DNA of 64,000 bases from positions 13,421-77,420 of the forward strand of contig JABMNZ010000026.1 in the NCBI GenBank assembly GCA_013204395.1, in the 5' to 3' direction. Of the stretch, positions 58,139 through 64,000 are shown in pieces; the first letter of the stretch is position 1; every line of letters begins with the position of its first letter. The notes beneath the pieces were generated by a model, which did not search any database, was not told the DNA's origin, and worked only from the letters and a program-made list of their open reading frames with translations. The stretch comes from Parcubacteria group bacterium. Its GTDB lineage: Bacteria > Patescibacteriota > Patescibacteriia > UBA9934 > GWF2-40-263. The position numbers were made by a program, and so were the translations under genes.

Positions 58139-58441
58139 ATGACCCATAGTACTCGTGCAAAAGTTTGGCTTCATGCTTCTGATAAGGCTGCTTGGCATTT
58201 TGTTACACTGTCGAATGCTGTTGCTACAAAATTAGAAAAAGAGTTTAAACGTCCACGTCGAGGCTGGGGTTCGATTCCTATTCAGGTTACTATTGGAAAA
58301 AGTGTTTGGAAGACATCGATATTTCCAAATAAGAAATCCGGAGGTCTTATTTTGCCGATTAAATCAAAGGTTCGTAAGGCTGAGGGAGTTTCAGCAGGAG
58401 ACACGGTTTCTTTCATTGTTGAAGTAGACCGTTGGCGTTGA
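58139..58441 (+). CDS. DUF1905 domain protein
   Basis: AWHFV, GWGSIP..VTIG...WKTSIFP, LPIK..VRKAE. Confidence 0.8.
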   Translation: MTHSTRAKVWLHASDKAAWHFVTLSNAVATKLEKEFKRPRRGWGSIPIQVTIGKSVWKTSIFPNKKSGGLILPIKSKVRKAEGVSAGDTVSFIVEVDRWR

Positions 58442-58449
58442 TCAATTAT

Positions 58450-59547
58450 ATGAAAAAAGAACTTATTGGATTTTTGGCGGTATCACTATTACTCGTGCCA
58501 GTTGCGGGTGTCTTTGCTAGTGGGGAAGTTCGAGAACATTTGGTTCAGCCGGGGGAGAATCTTTGGCAGATTGCTGGGGACGAGCTTGGGAGTCCTTGGT
58601 GCTGGACGCTGATCGCGGCTATTCCTGAAAATGATCTTGATTATCAAGGGTATCTTTATGCTGGCGACTCAATCACATTGCCGCCTGTGGAATCCTGCAC
58701 TGCCTTGGCCAATCCATTGTCAGTTAGTGGGAGTCAGGTTGATGAAGAGGTTCTTGAGCACGTACTAATACATCCTTGGTATGCAACCGGTTCTAAGGCT
58801 GAGACTTACATAGAAAAAACCTATCGTGATGCAGTCAATCTTGTTGGTTATTCAAAGGCTGATGACATGTACCATAGAAATGATCCGGATTTGTATCGAG
58901 AGCGTGATGGAGATACTTGGTACGTCAATTCAAGAGGAGAGCGCAGTCAGGCTTGGGACTATGTAGATCATGTTTTGAAGAATGATCAGACGGGTTCTGT
59001 TTTTTATCGTGCGCGTGATATTCAGGGCCGGTGGTATTTGGTGAGTAATGAGGAGTCAACACTTCTTTCATTTGAACCTAATTATGTCTACCTGAACACC
59101 ATTACAGATGAGGCCTTTGTGTATCGTGGAGACGATGATTCAACTCAGTTTTACTCGTCAACTGAATCATGGGTTGTTTCACAGCGACTGTATGTTGTGG
59201 CAGCGGCTTCAGATGGGAGAATCTTGTTTCAGAATAAAAATAACATCGCATTACGAACGATCGACGATAACGGTGAGATTGTAGATATGTGTGATAGTGC
59301 TGCTTGCTCGTCTGAGATAACGTATTGGTTGAGTGGAGAAAAGATTGCAACAGTGTCTAGCACAATGGTGCCACTTTTTTCTCAATCAGACGCAGCTGTG
59401 AAACTCCCATTTTATTTTGTGGGAGCACAGAAGGCATTTAAGTACTACGGCGCCTTTGGCCGCCCGTGGTTTGATGCTGATGGAAATCTTGTCTTTACCA
59501 CCATCTTTGATAATAGAATTTCCAAGCAGACATTTGATCTTAAGTAG
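58450..59547 (+). CDS. Secreted LysM-domain protein
   Basis: Signal peptide; HLVQPGENLWQIA...LG....W..I....L.AG..ITLP. Confidence 0.8.
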   Translation: MKKELIGFLAVSLLLVPVAGVFASGEVREHLVQPGENLWQIAGDELGSPWCWTLIAAIPENDLDYQGYLYAGDSITLPPVESCTALANPLSVSGSQVDEEVLEHVLIHPWYATGSKAETYIEKTYRDAVNLVGYSKADDMYHRNDPDLYRERDGDTWYVNSRGERSQAWDYVDHVLKNDQTGSVFYRARDIQGRWYLVSNEESTLLSFEPNYVYLNTITDEAFVYRGDDDSTQFYSSTESWVVSQRLYVVAAASDGRILFQNKNNIALRTIDDNGEIVDMCDSAACSSEITYWLSGEKIATVSSTMVPLFSQSDAAVKLPFYFVGAQKAFKYYGAFGRPWFDADGNLVFTTIFDNRISKQTFDLK

Positions 59548-59550
59548 GTT

Positions 59551-59796
59551 ATGTGGACCATTTACATCTTGAGGTGCAGTGACGACACACTCTACACAGG
59601 CATCACCACAGATCTTGATAACAGGATCGAGGTTCATAATGCAGGTAAGGGTGCTAAGTACACACGTGGTCGTGGACCTGTGAAGGTGGTGTGGTCACGC
59701 GGTGGTCTTACTGAAAGTGAGGCTCGAAAGAAAGAAATTCAGATAAAGAAAATGTCACGGAAAGAAAAAGAGACTTATGCCAGGAACGACTCGTAA
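59551..59796 (+). CDS. GIY-YIG nuclease (UPF0213/YazA-like)
   Basis: [25 protein letters not shown]. Confidence 0.92.
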   Translation: MWTIYILRCSDDTLYTGITTDLDNRIEVHNAGKGAKYTRGRGPVKVVWSRGGLTESEARKKEIQIKKMSRKEKETYARNDS

Positions 59797-59974
59797 AAAT
59801 ATTACTCCAGGGCTGTATGTAGCCATCGTGCAGAAAGAAGATCAAAGGTCTGGGAAATTGACTCAGGGATTTGTGAAGGATCTGCTTACTAGCTCTTCTG
59901 TACATCCAAGGGGAATCAAGGTTCGCTTAGATACTGGGGAGGTTGGGCGTGTTCAGCATATTCTGCAGAGGTGA
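59777..59974 (+). CDS. YwbE family protein
   Basis: [30 protein letters not shown]. Confidence 0.9.
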   Translation: MPGTTRKNITPGLYVAIVQKEDQRSGKLTQGFVKDLLTSSSVHPRGIKVRLDTGEVGRVQHILQR

Positions 59975-60025
59975 TATCTGCTATAATAGAATTATAAATA
60001 GGTAATGATGTAGAACAATAACTAT

Positions 60026-60391
60026 ATGGAAACATTTTTTCTTGTCGCTCAGGTGATTCTCGGTATGTATTTTGTTATGGCTGGTGTCATGCATTTTATG
60101 AAGCTGGATATGATGGTTGGTTATGCCACCTCAAAAAAGTTGCCTGCACCAAAGTTAGCAACGATTCTTTCAGGGCTAGTTCTTCTTCTTGGAGGTCTCG
60201 GTATCTTATTCCAGTACGAGCTTACATGGTCCTATGGTCTACTTGCAGGATTTCTAGCCGTGGCTGCTCTCACAATGCATCGTTTTTGGGAAGATAAAAC
60301 TCCTGAGGCAAAGATGTCAAATATGATCAACTTTGAAAAGAACCTGGCCTTAGCATCAGCACTCGTGATGCTATTGGTTCTCCAGTCATAA
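60026..60391 (+). CDS. DoxX family membrane protein
   Basis: G..HF, MHRFW, NFEKNLAL. Confidence 0.85.
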   Translation: METFFLVAQVILGMYFVMAGVMHFMKLDMMVGYATSKKLPAPKLATILSGLVLLLGGLGILFQYELTWSYGLLAGFLAVAALTMHRFWEDKTPEAKMSNMINFEKNLALASALVMLLVLQS

Positions 60392-60522
60392 TAGTACTTT
60401 TTAAAAATCCTCCTTAGGGGGGATTTTTTTGTTTTGTCATGTTTCTCTTAATTCGACCTCTACCATTGACGAAACTCTTAAAATGACTATACTATTCAGA
60501 CCTCGCTCGAAAGGAGCATCTC

Positions 60523-60924
60523 ATGCTCGAGGCTCACACCACCCCATCTGCCATCCCCAGCAAACCTGGGGCCACCGTCGTCTACTTACACAAGTGGCGA
60601 GGCTTCAGGAACAAGGAGATCGGACCCTGTTTCACTCCGATCGCGGTCAAGACGCTGCGCAGGATGCAGCCTGGATCGCTGGTCTGGGTCGACACCGACC
60701 CCATGCACATGCAAGGAAAGGTCTACGGCTACACGCTCGTTACGATCGGCTCGATCACGGATCGTGGCAACGGAAAGTTCTGGATCTCGTTCAACGGTGG
60801 CGGATCCCTGGTCGATGGCAACAAGACCAAGCAGCACAAGTTCATGCGGGTGCAGGCCCCGGTTCGACTCGAGGGCTTGCTCCGAGACAATCCCGACGCC
60901 ACGAAGCCCGCTCACGAATACTGA
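60523..60924 (+). CDS. Hypothetical protein (GC-rich singleton)
   Basis: TTGACG-17-TATACT promoter, AAAGGAG SD, terminator CCCGTCT..AGACGGG-T7. Confidence 0.65.
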   Translation: MLEAHTTPSAIPSKPGATVVYLHKWRGFRNKEIGPCFTPIAVKTLRRMQPGSLVWVDTDPMHMQGKVYGYTLVTIGSITDRGNGKFWISFNGGGSLVDGNKTKQHKFMRVQAPVRLEGLLRDNPDATKPAHEY

Positions 60925-61005
60925 GTCTTCGATCGAAGACTCCCCCCCGTCTCTTGCAGACGGGTTTTTTGTTTTCACCACTCACATTTGTTACACTGAT
61001 CGCCT

Positions 61006-61674
61006 ATGAATACTCCTAAACTTGTTGGATTAGATTTTGATGGCGTTGTTGTAGCAGGATCGAATCAAGCTTACTTTGATGCGTACCACATGGCCCTTGA
61101 GGCCGTGGGTGTGAAGCTGGATCCAAAGGTGGAACATGAGCGAATCATTCAAGGATGGGGGAGCGGTTGCATTGAACAGCTGGAGATTATTCTGGCCGAG
61201 CATCCAGATAAGGTTGAACAAGCTGGTGTGGTTTGGAATGAGCATGTTGAGTCAGAAGCTTTTTGGGAGAAGGTTTCCATTATCAAGGGGTGCAAGGAGG
61301 CGATAGAGAGGATGTCTCGCATTGTGCCTGTGGTGGTTGTTAGTGGAACGCGCGTGCATCACATAGAAGCGCTCCTGAAGGAGGGTGGCATCCAGGGGGT
61401 ATCAGCTATATACTCTTCTTATGACGTGGCGTCTGAACTAAAGAAACCTCACCCTCACACCCTTCAGCTCGCTTTGGAGAAATTCAATGTGGTCCCAGAA
61501 GATACAATTTACGTCGGTGACATGGTCAACGATATAGTCATGACTCGCGCAGCAGGTGCGAGGCCCGTGGCCGTGCTGACCGGGGAGCTGGATACCCCCA
61601 CGGCAGAGTCAATGGAGGTTGAGTTTATAGGAGGGGATTTGTTGGCTGTTGCGAACCAGTATTTTCCACAGTAG
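61006..61674 (+). CDS. HAD-family hydrolase
   Basis: DFDGVV, SG, KPHP, YVGDMVND. Confidence 0.9.
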   Translation: MNTPKLVGLDFDGVVVAGSNQAYFDAYHMALEAVGVKLDPKVEHERIIQGWGSGCIEQLEIILAEHPDKVEQAGVVWNEHVESEAFWEKVSIIKGCKEAIERMSRIVPVVVVSGTRVHHIEALLKEGGIQGVSAIYSSYDVASELKKPHPHTLQLALEKFNVVPEDTIYVGDMVNDIVMTRAAGARPVAVLTGELDTPTAESMEVEFIGGDLLAVANQYFPQ

Positions 61675-61698
61675 TCCCTTTTATTCACATCCTAAGCC

Positions 61699-61727
61699 TT
61701 GACCAGTAAACGTTTCAGTGCTGTAAT
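61699..61727 (+). promoter_or_regulatory. sigma70-type promoter for the intergenic RNA
   Basis: TTGACC-17 bp-TGTAAT with TG extension; predicted TSS ~61733. Confidence 0.55.
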
Positions 61728-61732
61728 AGAAG

Positions 61733-62045
61733 TGGATGATAAGCTAGAAGATAAAAAGATAATCCCCCTACGTTATAAATACGTTGGGGGATTTGTGTTT
61801 TGAGTTGTTGGAACCGTGGGCCCGGCTTGGTGCGTCTTTTGGCTTATCATCCAAGAAGATTGGGGTTCGAAACCCCACGGGTCCACGGTTTTAACGGCTT
61901 AAGATACGTCGATGCATAGAATTGTGTTTCCACACAAGATTTTGTGTTTGTTAAGTTACAAACGAAACATACGACGGCCGTCGTATAAAGCGTCGTGAAG
62001 ATGTTGGGTCACTTGTTACTGGCCGTACCGTACAGATGACGTATA
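61733..62045 (+). ncRNA. Unassigned structured RNA containing a tRNA-like domain (61818-61885)
   Basis: Acceptor GGGCCCG/CGGGTCC-A, T arm TGGGG-TTCGAAA-CCCCA, no full D arm; acceptor helix extended by 18 bp; extra flanking domains. Confidence 0.65.
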
Positions 62046-62056
62046 ATGTCGTTGGT

Positions 62057-62791
62057 ATGAATCGTGAGTATAAAATAAGGCTAGATAAGGAGTATGTTGC
62101 TCACGGTGTTTTTTCTGGTTCAGTAAAAAAGCCCTTGGTGATAATTGTTCATGGACTTGGTACGGGTATTACAGAGGGGTTGTATGAGCAGGCGCAAAGA
62201 TGGTTTACAGAAAACGGTTATGCGACCTATTTGTTTGGTCTTTACGGTTGGCAAAAAGATGCGCGACAATTAATCAACTGTACACTAGAAATACATTCAG
62301 CAGATCTCGATAAGGTGGTAGAGCATTTCCGTCGCAAGGGGATTAATAAGATCTACGCTGTTGGTCATAGTTTTGGAGGGCCAACAATATTACGTTCAAA
62401 AAAACAACGATTCGATGCAGTTGCGGTGTGGGACCCTTCGTACGATCTTTCTTTTACAAAAAAAAGTTACGGTATGCCCGGAGGAGAATACGTGAACCAA
62501 CTGGATGGATATCTTATGCCCTGGGGGATAAATGTTTTGATAGGGCGAGCTATGGCTGAAGAGTCAGATCAACTTGATTGGGCTGCAATTCCTAAAACGT
62601 TTCATGTCCCACTCAAGATCATTGTTGCTGGTGACGGGGTCTTGGTGTCTGGTTGTCAGAAATATTTTGCTTCTGCGAACAAGCCAAAACAGCTTTCTGT
62701 TCTGAAAGGAGCAACTCACTTTTTTAATGATTCACAAAAGATGCGTGAGAGATTGTTTAAACTAACGAGTAAGTGGTTCGAGAAGTTCTAG
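62057..62791 (+). CDS. Alpha/beta hydrolase
   Basis: VHGL, GHSFGG, AGD, GATHFF. Confidence 0.88.
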   Translation: MNREYKIRLDKEYVAHGVFSGSVKKPLVIIVHGLGTGITEGLYEQAQRWFTENGYATYLFGLYGWQKDARQLINCTLEIHSADLDKVVEHFRRKGINKIYAVGHSFGGPTILRSKKQRFDAVAVWDPSYDLSFTKKSYGMPGGEYVNQLDGYLMPWGINVLIGRAMAEESDQLDWAAIPKTFHVPLKIIVAGDGVLVSGCQKYFASANKPKQLSVLKGATHFFNDSQKMRERLFKLTSKWFEKF

Positions 62792-62793
62792 GT

Positions 62794-63570
62794 ATGTCCG
62801 TCCTCTATCAAACAACTGGAATTGTGCTGTCGCGCCGGGATCATAAGGAGGTAGATCGGTGGTACAGCGTTTTTACCCCCGACCGTGGGAAGGTCGAGTT
62901 TTTGGCGCGTGGAGGACACAAGCCGTTGGCGAAACTCACTCCCCACCTTGAGTCCGTTGCTGTTGTGGATCTTTTGTTGGTTTACGGACGGCACTATCAA
63001 ACCGTTGCCGGGGTAGATCGACGGAGGGCTTATGAGGGCGTGCGGACAGATCTTTCTCGACAGGTGCTCGCGTACAATGCCTTGCATCTGGTAGACATTG
63101 GCACGCGAGCTGACGAGGCAGATCCCTCCATTTACAGGTTAATCGAACAGTGGCTCGAGTTTCTCGATCAGGACGTAACGATTACTGCAGAGAGGGCAGG
63201 ATTCCTCCTTGGTGGATTTGCCCTGAAACTTCTTGGTCTAGTTGGGTATCACCCCGAGCTTCGTGAGTGTCTTGGGTGTCGGCTAGCGATAGGGGCAGGT
63301 CAATATCGATGGCATGGTCTAAGAGGAGGGGTGGTGTGTTCTGGGTGCACAGATAAAGACCAAGAGCAATGGTTTTCCGCACGTACAATGACCGATGAGG
63401 CCCTCAAATTGGTCCGTTTTGCCCTCTCAGAGGGCTTTGACGCTCAACTGCGCCCACATCTGTCTGGAGAGCATTTAACGGGCTTTCACGAGGCGACAGA
63501 ATCTCTCATGATTTCACACTTCCCAACTATCCCCGCCAGCTCATTGAGGGGGGCCTGTAGGGTGTGTTAA
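62794..63570 (+). CDS. recO: DNA repair protein RecO
   Basis: GIVL......E.DR....FT...GK....ARG..K..KL; G..PEL..C..C...GGVVC..C. Confidence 0.93.
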   Translation: MSVLYQTTGIVLSRRDHKEVDRWYSVFTPDRGKVEFLARGGHKPLAKLTPHLESVAVVDLLLVYGRHYQTVAGVDRRRAYEGVRTDLSRQVLAYNALHLVDIGTRADEADPSIYRLIEQWLEFLDQDVTITAERAGFLLGGFALKLLGLVGYHPELRECLGCRLAIGAGQYRWHGLRGGVVCSGCTDKDQEQWFSARTMTDEALKLVRFALSEGFDAQLRPHLSGEHLTGFHEATESLMISHFPTIPASSLRGACRVC

Positions 63571-63582
63571 GCTGTTTTTACT

Positions 63583-64000
63583 ATGAATTCAACAACCGTT
63601 TCTTCTATATCTACCCATGTCGGCCAAGAGGTTGAACTAAAGGGGTGGTGCTATAACTTCCGCTCAAGCGGAAAGATTTTTTTTCTACAGTTTCGCGATG
63701 GATCTGGACGTGTGCAAGTCGTCTATTCTAAGGGGGATCTTTCTGAAGAGCAGTGGGAGGCCTTGCAGTCACTCCGACTGGAATCATCTGTGATTGTCAC
63801 TGGGCTTGTGAAGGAAGACTCACGCTCTCCATCCGGTTTTGAACTTGAGGGACGTGGGGTGAACATCGTTCAGATTGCCGATGAGGGGTATCCCATTGGC
63901 AAGAAGGAACATGGCCCTGACTTCTTGCTAGACAATCGTCACCTTTGGCTGCGTTCTGAAAGTCAGTGGGCGGTTCAACGCGTGCGTGATCAGATCATCA
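63583..64000 (+). CDS. asnS: Asparagine--tRNA ligase (3'-truncated by window)
   Basis: Manual translation: VELKGWCYNFRSSGKIFFLQFRDGSG...YPIGKKEHGPDFLLDNRHLWLRS. Confidence 0.92.
   Translation, partial: MNSTTVSSISTHVGQEVELKGWCYNFRSSGKIFFLQFRDGSGRVQVVYSKGDLSEEQWEALQSLRLESSVIVTGLVKEDSRSPSGFELEGRGVNIVQIADEGYPIGKKEHGPDFLLDNRHLWLRSESQWAVQRVRDQII

Noticed and set aside
60429-61019. 196-aa alternative frame
   Set aside because: Spans the promoter and terminator of the SD-led 60523-60924 ORF, which is the better call.
61818-61885. Calling this a standard tRNA (Ala/Ile/Asp/Met) or a standard tmRNA
   Set aside because: 68 nt, no D stem, 8-nt loop with no unambiguous anticodon; no internal mRNA-like domain or tag ending in AA.
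1-64000. CRISPR array, transposase, prophage, DGR/retron, rRNA
   Set aside because: No regularly spaced repeats and no cas, transposase, reverse transcriptase, phage structural or rRNA signatures seen by eye.

Overview
Bacterial chromosomal window, most likely Patescibacteria/CPR (Parcubacteria-like). The clues are the absence of rpmD/uL30 between rpsE and rplO, core genes without SD sequences, and many short orphan genes. The right half holds the str, S10 and spc ribosomal-protein clusters, interrupted between fusA and tuf, plus secY, adk, map, recO and the start of asnS. The left half is a mosaic of core genes (ugd, split comEC, ndk, dtd, murA) and GC-richer SD-led accessory genes. These include an NrtR-linked NAD salvage operon (pncA, nadD-nadK fusion, pncB, Nudix, nadE), tandem GNAT paralogues, and three ~500-aa orphans that share only a C-terminal winged-helix-like module. 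The most striking signals are: (1) a leaderless TrpR/YerC(HisR)-like repressor whose own C-terminal His-His-His codons sit on a complete 1:2/2:3/3:4 transcription attenuator upstream of an M20 hydrolase-GNAT pair; (2) a ~310-nt promoter-driven RNA with a D-armless tRNA-like domain (G3-U70, A73) and a 20-bp alternative pairing; (3) two further large structured RNAs at ~4.1 and ~6.7 kb. All assignments are by eye; no database searches or folding programs were run.
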